Notes: generated by a model from the sequence alone, not told the origin. Shown: positions 10,331 to 20,662, counted from the stretch's first letter. The stretch: DNA of 64,000 bases from Nitrospirota bacterium (GCA_029858285.1 JAOUFN010000010.1:9776-73775); one strand, 5' to 3'. Made by a program: numbers and translations.

Positions 10331-11118
10331 GTCACCCGGCCGGCAATCCATCAGGCCACCCGTCGGGCCGTGCGGGCCGCGGGCTGGAAGGGCGGCTGGC
10401 GCTGGTCACCGGCGGCACCCGGGGCATCGGCAACGCCATTGCCCGCCGCCTGCTGGAGGCCGGCGCGCGCGTGGTGATCACCGGCCGCGACAGCGCGGGG
10501 GCCGAAAAGGCCGCACAAGAACTGGTCCAGTCTGGCGGCGAATGCCGGGGCGTGGCCCTCGACGTGTCGCGTTTCGACGACGTGCAGGAGACCGTCAAGG
10601 GGCTCGAAAAGGAATTGGGGCCGTTCGCGATTCTGGTCAACAATGCCGGCATCACCCGCGACGACGTGGTGATGCGCATGAAGGAAGAGGACTGGGACGC
10701 GGTGCTGTCCACCAACCTCAAGGGCAGTTTCGCCTGCGCCAAGGCGGTGATTCGTGGCATGATGAAGCAGCGCTGGGGACGGATTATCAGCGTCACCTCC
10801 ATTGTCGGCGGCATGGGCAACATCGGGCAGGCCAACTATGTGGCCGCCAAGGCCGGCGCGGAGGGGCTGACGCGCACCCTGGCGCGGGAATATGCCAGCC
10901 GGGGCATAACCGCCAATGCCGTGGCGCCGGGGTTCATCGACACCGACATGACCCGCGCCATGGAAGAGGCGGCCCGCGCCCGGCTGATGGGACAGATTCC
11001 CATGGAACGCTTCGGCCAGCCGGAGGATGTGGCCGGGGCGGTGGTGTTCCTGGCCTCCGACGAGGCCGCGTACATTACCGGTCAGGTGCTGCATGTCAAC
11101 GGTGGCATGTTGATGTAA
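10327..11118 (+). CDS. fabG: 3-oxoacyl-ACP reductase
   Basis: TGGTRGIG, NNAGITRD, YVAAK, VNGGM. Confidence 0.97.
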   Translation: MSHPAGNPSGHPSGRAGRGLEGRLALVTGGTRGIGNAIARRLLEAGARVVITGRDSAGAEKAAQELVQSGGECRGVALDVSRFDDVQETVKGLEKELGPFAILVNNAGITRDDVVMRMKEEDWDAVLSTNLKGSFACAKAVIRGMMKQRWGRIISVTSIVGGMGNIGQANYVAAKAGAEGLTRTLAREYASRGITANAVAPGFIDTDMTRAMEEAARARLMGQIPMERFGQPEDVAGAVVFLASDEAAYITGQVLHVNGGMLM

Positions 11119-11258
11119 AGGGCCGCCGGACGGCGGCGGGTGGGGAAGATTTTTTGGGGACTGTGGCCGCCTTGGCGGTCCGGTCCGGCCCGGAGGGCTT
11201 TTTTCCCTCCGGTGGTTTGTGAAAAACAGGCATCTGTAGCGAAAAGGAGAGTAACGCC

Positions 11259-11498
11259 ATGTCTTCAGTCGACAGCAAAATCAAGGAAATCATCTGCAGC
11301 CAGCTGGGTGTCGAGGCCGACGCGGTGAAGCCCGAAGCCAACTTCGTGGACGACCTGGGGGCCGACTCGCTGGACACCGTCGAGCTGGTGATGGCCTTCG
11401 AGGAAGAGTTCGATATCGAGATCCCGGACGAGGACGCGGAGAAGATCACCACGGTGTCTGCCGCGATCAACTACGTGTCCCAGAAGGTGAGCGCCTGA
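11259..11498 (+). CDS. acpP: Acyl carrier protein
   Basis: [14 protein letters not shown] phosphopantetheine motif; AGGAG RBS. Confidence 0.98.
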   Translation: MSSVDSKIKEIICSQLGVEADAVKPEANFVDDLGADSLDTVELVMAFEEEFDIEIPDEDAEKITTVSAAINYVSQKVSA

Positions 11499-11499
11499 T

Positions 11500-11520
11500 C
11501 CGGGCCCGCGGCCCGGTTTA
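11500..11520 (+). terminator. Hairpin after acpP
   Basis: CCGGGCC-CGC-GGCCCGG followed by TTT. Confidence 0.45.
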
Positions 11521-11577
11521 TCCCGGTCATCCGTCCGTGCCGGTGCACGGGCGGGTGACCGATAGCCAGACGGAGAG

Positions 11578-12822
11578 TTGGCCCTGAAACGGCGTGTTGT
11601 CATCACAGGAATGGGGGCGGTAACGCCCCTTGGAAACGATCTGGCCACCACCTGGCAGGCGCTGGTGGCGGGGAAGTCGGGCGTTGGCCCGATCACCCGC
11701 TTCGACGCCTCCGACCTGCCGACGCGCATCGCCGCCGAGGTGCGGGGTTTCGACCCGGCCCTCTACATTGATGCCAAAGAAATCAAGAAGATGGGGCTCT
11801 TCATCCACTATGCGATGGGGGCTGCCGACATGGCGGTGGCCGATTCCGGCCTGGCCATTACCGAGGCTAACCGCGACCGGGTTGGGGTGTACATCGGCTC
11901 CGGCATCGGTGGCCTGCCGAGCATCGAGGAAACCGCCTACAAAATGGCGGAGCAGGGGCCGCGCCGCGTGTCGCCGTTCTTCATCCCCATGACCATCGTC
12001 AACCTGGCCTCCGGTCAGGTGGCCATCCGCACCGGCGCGCGCGGCCCCAATCAGGCCGCCGCCACCGCCTGCGCCGCCGGTTCCCACGCCATTGGCGACT
12101 CCTTCAAAATCATCCAGCGCGGCGATGCCGACGCCATGATCTCCGGCGGCGCCGAGGCGGTCATCTGCAAGCTGGGCGTGGCCGGGTTCTGCGCCTCCCG
12201 CGCGCTCTCCAGCCGCAATGACGAGCCCCAGCGCGCCAGCCGCCCCTTCGACCGCGACCGCGACGGCTTCGTCATGGGCGAGGGTTCCGGTGTCATGGTG
12301 CTGGAGGAGTTGCAGTTCGCCCGCGCCCGTGGCGCGCGCATCTATGCCGAGGTCATCGGCTACGGCAGCACCGGCGACGCCTACCACATCACCGCGCCGC
12401 CGGACGACGCCAACGGCGCCGTGCGCTGCGTGCGCATGGCCCTGAACGACGCGGGCATCAACCCGGAGGAGGTGGGCTACGTCAACGCCCACGCCACCTC
12501 CACCATGGCCGATGCCCTGGAGACCCGCGCCATCAAGACCGCCTTTGGCACCCACGCCAAAAAGCTGGTGGTGGGGGCCACCAAGTCCATGACCGGCCAC
12601 CTTCTGGGCGCCGCCGGGGGCATTGAGGCGATTTTTTCGGCCAAGACCCTGGAGACCGGGGTGATTCCCCCCACCATCAACGTGGACAACGCCGACCCGG
12701 AGTGCGACCTGGACTGCGCCCCCGGCGCCGCCCGCGAGATGGCCGTGAATGTGGCCATTTCCAACTCCTTCGGCTTTGGCGGCACCAACGCCTGCCTGGT
12801 GTTCCGCAAGTTCACAGGCTAG
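11578..12822 (+). CDS. fabF: 3-oxoacyl-ACP synthase II
   Basis: [35 protein letters not shown]. Confidence 0.97.
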   Translation: MALKRRVVITGMGAVTPLGNDLATTWQALVAGKSGVGPITRFDASDLPTRIAAEVRGFDPALYIDAKEIKKMGLFIHYAMGAADMAVADSGLAITEANRDRVGVYIGSGIGGLPSIEETAYKMAEQGPRRVSPFFIPMTIVNLASGQVAIRTGARGPNQAAATACAAGSHAIGDSFKIIQRGDADAMISGGAEAVICKLGVAGFCASRALSSRNDEPQRASRPFDRDRDGFVMGEGSGVMVLEELQFARARGARIYAEVIGYGSTGDAYHITAPPDDANGAVRCVRMALNDAGINPEEVGYVNAHATSTMADALETRAIKTAFGTHAKKLVVGATKSMTGHLLGAAGGIEAIFSAKTLETGVIPPTINVDNADPECDLDCAPGAAREMAVNVAISNSFGFGGTNACLVFRKFTG

Positions 12823-12851
12823 GACGCCACCCGGCGTCCGCGGTCATTTCG

Positions 12852-14327
12852 ATGCCGTCCGCGCCGATGTCGTCTACCTCCGGGCCCGCCGCCTTTCTGG
12901 TCGCGGGCACCCGTTCCGGGGTGGGCAAGACCACCGTCACCCTGGGGCTGATGGGGGCGCTGCGGCGGCGCGGCCTGAGCGTGGCGCCGTTCAAGGCCGG
13001 TCCCGACTTCATCGATCCCGGTCTGCACGCTCTGGCGGCGGGCCGCCCTTCCCGCAATCTGGATACCTGGATGCTGTCGCCGCAGGCGGTGGCGGACGGC
13101 TTTTCCCGCGGTTGCCAGCGTGGGGCGGGGGAGGCCGGGGAGGCGGGCACCGTCGACGTGGCGGTGGTGGAGGGGGTGATGGGGCTGTTCGACGGCGCCC
13201 GGGGCGCGGATGCCGCCGGGTCCTCCGCCGATCTGGCCAAATTCCTGAACATTCCCGTGATTCTGGTGGTGGATGCCTCGGGCATGGCCGCCTCGGTGGC
13301 CGCCGTGGTGCATGGCTATGCCACCCTTGATCCGGCATTGCGGGTGGCCGGGGTGATCCTCAACCGGGTGGCCTCCGGCCAACATCTGGCGCACCTGGCC
13401 GAAGCCCTTGCCGCGCATGTGAGCGTGCCCCTGCTTGGTTACCTCGGGCGCGCCCCGGAACTGGCCATCCCGGAGCGTCATCTGGGGCTGGTCACCGCCG
13501 GGGAACTGGCCGACACCGGGGTGCTGGAGCGCATCGCCGAGCGGGTGGAGAAGGGGGTGGACCTGGAGCGGTTGCTGGCCGTCACCGCCACCTCCCTGCC
13601 GACGCCCCCTGCATCGGTGTCCACGCCTGAGTCCCTGCCTGTGGCCACTCGCAAAAAAGTGCGTCTGGGGGTGGCGCGAGACGCCGCGTTCTGCTTCATC
13701 TACCCGGAAACCCTGGAGGCGCTGGAACAGGCCGGGGCGGAAGTGATGCCCTTCAGTCCCCTCGTCGACGCGGCCCTGCCGGAGGTGGACGGCCTGTATC
13801 TGCCGGGAGGCTACCCGGAGGTCCATGGGGCGGCGCTGTCCGCCAACCGGGCGATGCGGGAGCAGGTACGCCGGGCGGTCGCCGACGGCACGCCGGTGTA
13901 CGCCGAATGTGGCGGGCTGATCTACCTCAGCGAGGGGATTCACCTCGCGGACGGGACGTTTTACCCCTTCTGCGGCGTGCTGCCCGCCCCCTGCCGGTTG
14001 CAGGAAAAGCGCGCCGCCCTCGGCTACCGCGAAGTCACCCTGTTGGCCGACGCTCCGCTGGGAGCGGCGGGCGATGTGCTGCGCGGCCACGAATTCCACT
14101 ATGCCACCATCGACACCGCCGCCCTGGAGCAGGCCGGGGTGAGCACCAGCTTCGCGGTGGCCCGGCGCGGGGGCGGGGGCGGGGAGACGGAATCCCGCCC
14201 CGAGGGCTACCGCACCGGCAACCTGCTGGCCACCTGGTGCCACCTGCCCGTGACCCCGGCCATGGCCGTCCGCTGGGTGGAGCACCTGCGGCGACTGGCA
14301 CCCTTGTCGGCAACTGGACTATCCTGA
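12852..14327 (+). CDS. cbiA: Cobyrinate a,c-diamide synthase (CbiA/CobB)
   Basis: SGVGKTT P-loop, FKAGPDFIDP, VEGVMGLFDG, ERHLGL, glutaminase AECGG, GHEFHY. Start 12852 or 12867. Confidence 0.93.
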   Translation: MPSAPMSSTSGPAAFLVAGTRSGVGKTTVTLGLMGALRRRGLSVAPFKAGPDFIDPGLHALAAGRPSRNLDTWMLSPQAVADGFSRGCQRGAGEAGEAGTVDVAVVEGVMGLFDGARGADAAGSSADLAKFLNIPVILVVDASGMAASVAAVVHGYATLDPALRVAGVILNRVASGQHLAHLAEALAAHVSVPLLGYLGRAPELAIPERHLGLVTAGELADTGVLERIAERVEKGVDLERLLAVTATSLPTPPASVSTPESLPVATRKKVRLGVARDAAFCFIYPETLEALEQAGAEVMPFSPLVDAALPEVDGLYLPGGYPEVHGAALSANRAMREQVRRAVADGTPVYAECGGLIYLSEGIHLADGTFYPFCGVLPAPCRLQEKRAALGYREVTLLADAPLGAAGDVLRGHEFHYATIDTAALEQAGVSTSFAVARRGGGGGETESRPEGYRTGNLLATWCHLPVTPAMAVRWVEHLRRLAPLSATGLS

Positions 14328-14377
14328 ACCGGTGCGCCGTGCCGGATTCGTCGCGGCCCCCGTGGGAGGGTAATCTG

Positions 14378-15661
14378 GTGGGAATCATCCGCGACACGCT
14401 TCGCGACAAGGTGGCCGACGGCCTCAGCGCCTGCATCGGCTGCCGCGAATGCCTGCGCGCCTGCCCGGTGGCGCCGCCCGGACTGCGCATTGCCGACCTC
14501 AACCATTGGACCGCCGGGGATGCCCCGCTGGCCGCGTCCGCCCCGATACCGACTCCAGTATCCCCCGCCCCCGCCGCCACGGAGGTGGTTGCCGTCGCCG
14601 ATGCCGCCATTTCTTCCCCGGCCCCCCCCGCCGCCATGGTGGCGCGGCTGGCGGAGGAGTGTTTCCAGTGCGGCATGTGCGTGCCGGTGTGCCCTTCCGG
14701 TCTGGAGCGTGACGCCATGGTGCTGTGGCTCAAAAGTCGCCTGACTCCGCGCCCTGCCGAATACGACGCCAGCCTCAGGCGGCGTGGCCCGGCCCAGACG
14801 GTGGGCGAAAAGGTCGGGGTTACGGTGCACAACCTGCTGCACCGGGGGCGTCTGGGGTCCCTCTCCCGCCACGTGGACAAGCGTTCCCTGCAACCCGCCG
14901 ACACCCTGTTTTTCTTCGGCTGCAACATTTTTTCCACCACCGGCATGGGGGAAAAAATTCTCGCTATCGCCGACTACCTCAAATGCCGCTACGAGGTACT
15001 GGGCGGGCTGTCGTCCTGTTGCGGCTGGTCCAGCTACCTGAGCGGCGACCTGGACGGTGCCGGGGAGATGATGTCCCATCTGGCGGGGCGTATTGCCAAG
15101 GTCGCCCCCAAGGAGGTCATCACCCCGGGCTCCGAATGCTACGCGGCCCTGTCGCGCATTGCCGCAGTGCACCGCACGCCGTTCACGCCGGTGACCGTGG
15201 CCAGTTGGCTGCGCCGCAACCTGCACCGCTTTCCCCTGCGCCACTTCCCCGGCACCATGACCTTCCACGACGCCTGCCACAGCAGCCGCAAGCTGGGGGA
15301 AGGGGAGGAGCCGCGCCGCATCCTGCGCCAGTTGGGGGCGCTGGTGGAGATGCGCCGCTTTGGCGACGACGCCCCGTGCTGCGGGCACCACCAGTTCGGC
15401 GTCAATCCGGCGCAGGTGGAGGCGCTGCGCGCCGACCGGCTGGCCATGGCCCGCGACGCCGGGGCGGCGCGCATGGTGGTGGAATGTGTCCGTTGTCAGG
15501 AGTCCTTTGCCCCCGGCGCGGAGGCGGCTCAGGTAGAGGTGCTGAGTCTGGTGGACCTGGTCTACGACCTGCTCCCCAGCGGCGACCGTCCTCAGGCCCG
15601 GCCGGTCCACTTTGCGCCGCCGGTGCAGAAGGGGGACCAGATTCCCATCGAGGGCATGTGA
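14378..15661 (+). CDS. Fe-S oxidoreductase of HdrD/GlpC type (2 ferredoxin motifs plus 2 CCG domains)
   Basis: CIGCRECLRACP and CFQCGMCVPVCP; FFGC..CCG and HDAC..CCG..CVRC; GGAGG RBS before GTG 14378. Confidence 0.85.
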   Translation: MGIIRDTLRDKVADGLSACIGCRECLRACPVAPPGLRIADLNHWTAGDAPLAASAPIPTPVSPAPAATEVVAVADAAISSPAPPAAMVARLAEECFQCGMCVPVCPSGLERDAMVLWLKSRLTPRPAEYDASLRRRGPAQTVGEKVGVTVHNLLHRGRLGSLSRHVDKRSLQPADTLFFFGCNIFSTTGMGEKILAIADYLKCRYEVLGGLSSCCGWSSYLSGDLDGAGEMMSHLAGRIAKVAPKEVITPGSECYAALSRIAAVHRTPFTPVTVASWLRRNLHRFPLRHFPGTMTFHDACHSSRKLGEGEEPRRILRQLGALVEMRRFGDDAPCCGHHQFGVNPAQVEALRADRLAMARDAGAARMVVECVRCQESFAPGAEAAQVEVLSLVDLVYDLLPSGDRPQARPVHFAPPVQKGDQIPIEGM

Positions 15662-16950
15662 ACTACCTCATTGCCGGATTCGGCCCCGCCGGGGCGCACG
15701 CCGCCGCCGCTATCCGCGAGTGCGACCCCCACGGCGCCATCCATATTTTTTCCGCCGAAAGGCACCCGTTCTACTTCCGCGCTGCCCTGCCTCACTATGC
15801 ACTGGGGCACATTGATCGCGACGGCCTGTGGGCGTTCCCCGCGGGAGAAACGGAGCGTCTGGGCCTCCGCCACCATCCGGTGCCCCTGGTGGCCATCGAC
15901 ACCGCCCGCAGCGTGGCGCGGGACGCGGGCGGCGGGGAGCACCCGTGGGACCGGTTGCTGATCGCCTGCGGCGCGGCGCCGTCGGCCATCGGCTGCCCCG
16001 GCGAAAGCGCTTCGGGCGTGGTGCATTTCGACACCCTGGACGACGCCGAACGGGTGCGTGCCCTGTGCGGAGAGGGTGGCGGTTCACCCCCCCGCGAGGG
16101 CGGAGGCTCCCCGGACGGGCGGGCGATCATCGCCGGCGGCGGCGCCCGCGCGCTGGCCCTGGCCTGGGTGGCCAGAAGGCTGGGCATGGACGTGCTGCTG
16201 CTGGTGCCGGAGGAGCGGCTGGCCGCCTCGCTGCTGGATGCCGCCGCCGCCATGCTGCTGTTTCGCCGCCTCACCGACGACGGTGTGGAGGTGCGCCTCG
16301 GGCAGCACATCACCGGCGTCGAACACGCCCGGCAAGGTGGCGCTACCGCCCCCGCCTCCGGGTCCATCGTGGTTACCGGCGACGGGCGGCACCACCCCTG
16401 TCGCTGGCTGGGGGTGGGAACGGATGGGGCCCCCGGTTCGCCCCTGGCGGTCAGCGCCGGGCTGCCGGAGGGGGCGGTGGAGGTGAATGCGCGGCTGGAG
16501 ACCCGGCTGCCCGGCATCTACGCGGCGGGCGACGTCTGCTCGGTGCGGGAGGGCGGAGAGTCGTTGCGCTCCGGCGGCTGGCTGGCGGCAGTCACCCAGG
16601 GGCGGGTTGCGGGGCTCAACATGGCCGGGGGCGACGCCACCTACCAGTCCAGCCACTACTATCACGCCACCACCCTCTACGACCTGCCCGCAGTGTTGAT
16701 CGGCGCCTGCGATGCCGCCGGTGACGCCGCCGTCACCACCCACCCGCGCGGCCCCGATTACCGGCGTTTGGTGTTCCGCAAGGGGGCGCTCATCGGTGCC
16801 GTGCTGCTGGGCGACCGGCGCCACGCGGCGGTGCTGCGCCGCGCCATCGAATTGCAGGTCGACGTGCGCGGCTACGAGTTGCAGATGCTGCGCACCGACG
16901 TGGATCTGAACCGGCTGCTGCGCCCCAGCGGTGAATACCATCTATACTGA
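15658..16950 (+). CDS. FAD-dependent pyridine nucleotide oxidoreductase (NirB-N/rubredoxin reductase-like)
   Basis: IAGFGPAG, WDRLLIACGA, second dinucleotide motif GGGARA, PGIYAAGD; GTG start overlaps the upstream stop. Confidence 0.85.
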   Translation: MNYLIAGFGPAGAHAAAAIRECDPHGAIHIFSAERHPFYFRAALPHYALGHIDRDGLWAFPAGETERLGLRHHPVPLVAIDTARSVARDAGGGEHPWDRLLIACGAAPSAIGCPGESASGVVHFDTLDDAERVRALCGEGGGSPPREGGGSPDGRAIIAGGGARALALAWVARRLGMDVLLLVPEERLAASLLDAAAAMLLFRRLTDDGVEVRLGQHITGVEHARQGGATAPASGSIVVTGDGRHHPCRWLGVGTDGAPGSPLAVSAGLPEGAVEVNARLETRLPGIYAAGDVCSVREGGESLRSGGWLAAVTQGRVAGLNMAGGDATYQSSHYYHATTLYDLPAVLIGACDAAGDAAVTTHPRGPDYRRLVFRKGALIGAVLLGDRRHAAVLRRAIELQVDVRGYELQMLRTDVDLNRLLRPSGEYHLY

Positions 16951-17038
16951 CGCGCCCTGTACTGACACGCCTTCGGGCGAATCCGCCAGTCTGGCCGTTT
17001 CGCCGCCCGGCCCGGTTGTCCCCCGTTTCGGAGACTTC

Positions 17039-18499
17039 ATGACTTCCCGAACATCCCGCCTTCGCGCCTTGTTTCCGCGTGTCTGGGGCTCTTTCGCCCC
17101 TTGCCCCGTGCGCGCGCTGGCCGCCGCCGGGCTGGCCACGGCCCTGTTGGGCGCGGCCTGCGCCACGCTGCCACCCGCGGCCCCCGGCACGGCGTCCGAA
17201 GGCGCGTCTCCTGTGGCGTCCGCCGCCGCTCCCGTTCACGCGGCACGCCACCATCCCCCCAAGGCCGATGGCGGCGGGACCGGGGTGAACGACTCTGACG
17301 CGAACGGCTCCGTCGGCTTCGCCTCGTTTGCCGCCAGTTCCCCCTACCGCGATCTGGACAACCTGCCAGCGGGCACTATCGTGCATGTGGCCAGCGGCCG
17401 CGAACTGTCCCCCGCCGAACTCATGGACAACCTGGCGGGCGCCCGCGTGGTGTACGTGGGAGAGATGCACACCAGCATCGAGGACCACCGCGTGCAGTTG
17501 GACATCATCCGCGCCCTGGACCAGCGCAGCGGCGGACGGGTGATGGTGGGCATGGAAATGTTCCAGCACACCGCCCAGCCCGGTCTGGACCGCTGGGTGG
17601 CCGGAGACATGGACGAGGCGGAGTTCCTGCGCCTGTGGTACGACAACTGGTCGGAGGATTTCGCCTACTACGCCGATATCCTGCGTTACGCGCGTGACCG
17701 CCACATTCCCCTGATCGCCCTCAACGCCACCGGAGAGGAGGTGCGGCAGGTTTCCACCGGCAAGGCCGACGTGCCCGCGCCCAACCACACCCTGCTGGCA
17801 GAGGCCGACCCCTACCAGAAGGCCTACATGAAGGCCATTCTGGGCGGCCACGAACATGCCGGGAGCGACGGCTTTGGCCGCGTGCAGCGGTTGTGGGAAT
17901 CGACCATGGCCGAACACGCCGCCAACGCCCTCGACAGCGAACGCGGCCAGGGCAGAACTCTGGTGGTGCTGGCGGGTTCCGGCCATGTGCAGTACGGCTT
18001 TGGCATTCCGCGCCAGCTCTACATCCGGCGTCCGTTGCCATACCGCAGCGTGGTGCCGGTGACCAACGTGCCGGAAAACCGCGACGACCTGCGCATGGAG
18101 GTGGCGGTGCCCGATTTCCCCTTCCCCGTCGCCGATTTTGTCTGGTCGGTGGACTATCGTGATCGGGAGGGGAAGCGCATGCTGCTGGGTGTGGCGCTGG
18201 AGCCGGACGGCCACGGCATGACGGTGCGTCAGGTGCTGGAAGGCACCGCCGCCGAGGGGGCCGGTGTGCTGGCCGGGGATCATCTGGTGTCCCTGGACGG
18301 CCACCCCCTGGGCTCCATGTCCGAGGTGCGCGCCGCCATGGCCCTGGTCGAGGACGGCCACCGTGGCCAACTGGTGCTGGAGCGGGGCGGCGTCCGCATG
18401 ACCCTGGGGGTCACCTTCCGGCTGCCGTTGCCCGGAGCAGGTGGGGTGGAGGGAATGGGGGAGGGTTCGGGCGCTTCGGCAACCCCGGCATCTCCATGA
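17039..18499 (+). CDS. ChaN-family lipoprotein with C-terminal PDZ domain
   Basis: Lipobox-like LLGAAC; VVYVGEMH..H, GMEMF, VVLAGSGHV..GFGIP; C-terminal LLGV..V..GTAAEGAGV.AGD.LVSLDG is PDZ-like. Confidence 0.8.
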   Translation: MTSRTSRLRALFPRVWGSFAPCPVRALAAAGLATALLGAACATLPPAAPGTASEGASPVASAAAPVHAARHHPPKADGGGTGVNDSDANGSVGFASFAASSPYRDLDNLPAGTIVHVASGRELSPAELMDNLAGARVVYVGEMHTSIEDHRVQLDIIRALDQRSGGRVMVGMEMFQHTAQPGLDRWVAGDMDEAEFLRLWYDNWSEDFAYYADILRYARDRHIPLIALNATGEEVRQVSTGKADVPAPNHTLLAEADPYQKAYMKAILGGHEHAGSDGFGRVQRLWESTMAEHAANALDSERGQGRTLVVLAGSGHVQYGFGIPRQLYIRRPLPYRSVVPVTNVPENRDDLRMEVAVPDFPFPVADFVWSVDYRDREGKRMLLGVALEPDGHGMTVRQVLEGTAAEGAGVLAGDHLVSLDGHPLGSMSEVRAAMALVEDGHRGQLVLERGGVRMTLGVTFRLPLPGAGGVEGMGEGSGASATPASP

Positions 18500-18557
18500 G
18501 AATGCGTTTTCTCGGGTACCCTGTCTGCGTCACACGCCCGTGCCGGTGACGGCGGGT

Positions 18558-18586
18558 TTGCCGGATTCGCGACTGTTTGTTACCTT
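18558..18586 (+). promoter_or_regulatory. Possible sigma70 promoter for the ExeA-like gene
   Basis: TTGCCG-17 nt-TACCTT, followed by a hairpin TGCGGACC/GGTCCGCA (about 18597-18616). Confidence 0.35.
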
Positions 18587-18634
18587 TGGCCTTTGATGCG
18601 GACCCCGAGGTCCGCAGGTTCCGGGAGAGGGTTC

Positions 18635-20662
18635 ATGTTATCCGCCTATCTGCAGTACTGGGGGCTCAAGGAGCCGCCGTTCTCGCTGGCGCCCAGCCCC
18701 AGGATGTTCTACCTGAGCGATCAGCACCGCGAGTGTCTGATGCGCCTCAAGTACGCCATCCATTCGGGCAAGGGTGGGGCGCTGCTGGTTTCCGAACACG
18801 CCGGTGACGGCAAAACCACCACACTGCAACTGTTGATGCAGCAACTGGTGGAAGAAACCAACGACCGCATCCGCATCGCGTTCCTTGATTACCCCACCAT
18901 GACCCCGGCCCAGATGGTGGCCGAAATCGCCCGCCAGCTCGGCGTTGACGGGGTCAGCGGTGACAAGGTGCGCGACATCAACCTGCTGCGCGAACACCTG
19001 CGCGCCTGCCACGGCCGGGGCATCCGCAACCTGGTGGTGGTGGACGAGGGGCAGATGATGGCGGAGCAGCCGGAACTGCTCCAGGAGTTCCGCATCCTCC
19101 TCAATTTTTGCGTGGGCGGTGAGTTTCTGCTCAGCTTCATCCTCTCCGGGCAGGCGCCGCTGGATGCCGCAGTGCGCGCCTTTCCGGAATTCTGGCAGCG
19201 CCTGCCGGTGCGCTACATGCTGCGCAACCTGGGCGCCGCCGATACCCGCAATCTGGTGCATCACCGGCTGGCCATTGCGGGCGCGGCGCGGCCCCTGTTC
19301 ACCGACACCGCCCTGGAGGGTGTTTTCCGCTTTTCCCAAGGTTGCCCCCGTGTCATTTGCGCGGTGGCGGACCTGGCCCTGGTGGTGGGCCACAGCAACC
19401 GCTCCCGCTATGTGGATTTTGCCGAGGTGACGCAGGCTTGCTCCGACATGGAGCACTCCAGTTCCTCCATCCACTACTACGATTTCCTCAATGCCCCGGC
19501 GGACGCCAATGCCTGGCCCGCGCCTGCCGCTCCGGGGAGCGCGCGGCGCGGCGACACATCCGGCCGAACCATGCCCCATTGGGCGGCGGGTCCGGGTGCC
19601 GCTCCGGCCCTGCGCACCGATCCGGCCGCCTACACCATGGCGCCCACCCTGCCCCAGGTGGCCTTCAGCCTGGCCACGGATACGGAGCAGCCGGTGCGGC
19701 CACGCGGCGCGCCACGGGTGTTGCCCACCGACCCGATCCCCCCGGACTGGCGTCCGGCGGCCAGTGCCGAGGGGGCGGCCCCGCTGCCGGAGGAAATGCA
19801 GCCTGGCGCCGCCGCCAGCGCCCAATGGCAGCCGCTGGAGTCGGCGGCGGGCGAGTCCACAGGTGTTTCGGCAAACTCTTCCGCAAATGCTCCCGCAAGT
19901 ACCCCTGGAAATGCCGGTGGCGACGGCGGTGATTCCGGAGACGATTCCGGGAATCCGTCCCGCCCGGGCGCCGGGAACGGCCCCGCCGTGGCGGTCGAAA
20001 TGCCGCCGCTCCCGGTGGTCGATCCCGAGGCCGTGGCGCGCCTGAACCGGGAGCCGGTCCACTGCCCCATGTGCGCCACCGCCGTGGCCCACAGCGCAGA
20101 GGCCTGCCCCAAGTGCCAGACTGTCATCAAGGTGGCCTGTGGCCGCTGCCGTTCCCTGCAATCGGTGCTGCGCAGCCGCTGCGGCTACTGCTCGTTCCCC
20201 ATCAATGCCTGGGCGCGGGAATCGGAAAAGGAGTTTTTGGCCGGACTGCGCCGTCTGGACCTGCTCCAGTCCGCCGAGTCGGCGGAGCGCGTCAAGTTTC
20301 AGATGCACCCCACCATGGAGGGGCGGGTGTTGTACTTTGCCCCCCGCGACACACTGTTCCGCCAGGGGGCGCGGGTCGGAGTGATCCAGGAGGGGCAGCC
20401 CACGGAGTTCGCCGGCTGCGCCGTGATGATCGGCAACCGCCGGTTGGTGTTCCTGTACCCCGACCGCCGGGTGGATCTGGAACTGGAGGAACTGGACGCC
20501 TGCGACCTGGTCTCCGAAAACGGGGCCCAGGGGGGTGGGTTGGTGATCCGCGCCGGTAACCTGGCCTGGCAGGTGCATCTGCCCATCCGCGAGGGTCGCC
20601 GCACCGCCGCATACCGGCTGGTGCAGACCTTTTTGGCCCGGATGCGCACGGCGGTGCGGTGA
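18635..20662 (+). CDS. ExeA/GspA-like AAA ATPase with Pro/Ala linker, double zinc ribbon and C-terminal beta domain
   Basis: YWGLKEPPFS..P, Walker A-like SEHAGDGKTT, Walker B VVVDEG, FILSGQ, SQGCPRVI; CPMC/CPKC/CGRC/CGYC. Confidence 0.85.
   Translation: MLSAYLQYWGLKEPPFSLAPSPRMFYLSDQHRECLMRLKYAIHSGKGGALLVSEHAGDGKTTTLQLLMQQLVEETNDRIRIAFLDYPTMTPAQMVAEIARQLGVDGVSGDKVRDINLLREHLRACHGRGIRNLVVVDEGQMMAEQPELLQEFRILLNFCVGGEFLLSFILSGQAPLDAAVRAFPEFWQRLPVRYMLRNLGAADTRNLVHHRLAIAGAARPLFTDTALEGVFRFSQGCPRVICAVADLALVVGHSNRSRYVDFAEVTQACSDMEHSSSSIHYYDFLNAPADANAWPAPAAPGSARRGDTSGRTMPHWAAGPGAAPALRTDPAAYTMAPTLPQVAFSLATDTEQPVRPRGAPRVLPTDPIPPDWRPAASAEGAAPLPEEMQPGAAASAQWQPLESAAGESTGVSANSSANAPASTPGNAGGDGGDSGDDSGNPSRPGAGNGPAVAVEMPPLPVVDPEAVARLNREPVHCPMCATAVAHSAEACPKCQTVIKVACGRCRSLQSVLRSRCGYCSFPINAWARESEKEFLAGLRRLDLLQSAESAERVKFQMHPTMEGRVLYFAPRDTLFRQGARVGVIQEGQPTEFAGCAVMIGNRRLVFLYPDRRVDLELEELDACDLVSENGAQGGGLVIRAGNLAWQVHLPIREGRRTAAYRLVQTFLARMRTAVR

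Noticed and set aside
18635-19500. ATPase as a Tn7/Mu-type TniB/TnsC transposition protein
   Set aside because: The N-terminal YWGL...PF motif is ExeA-type, and no DDE transposase or terminal repeats are nearby.
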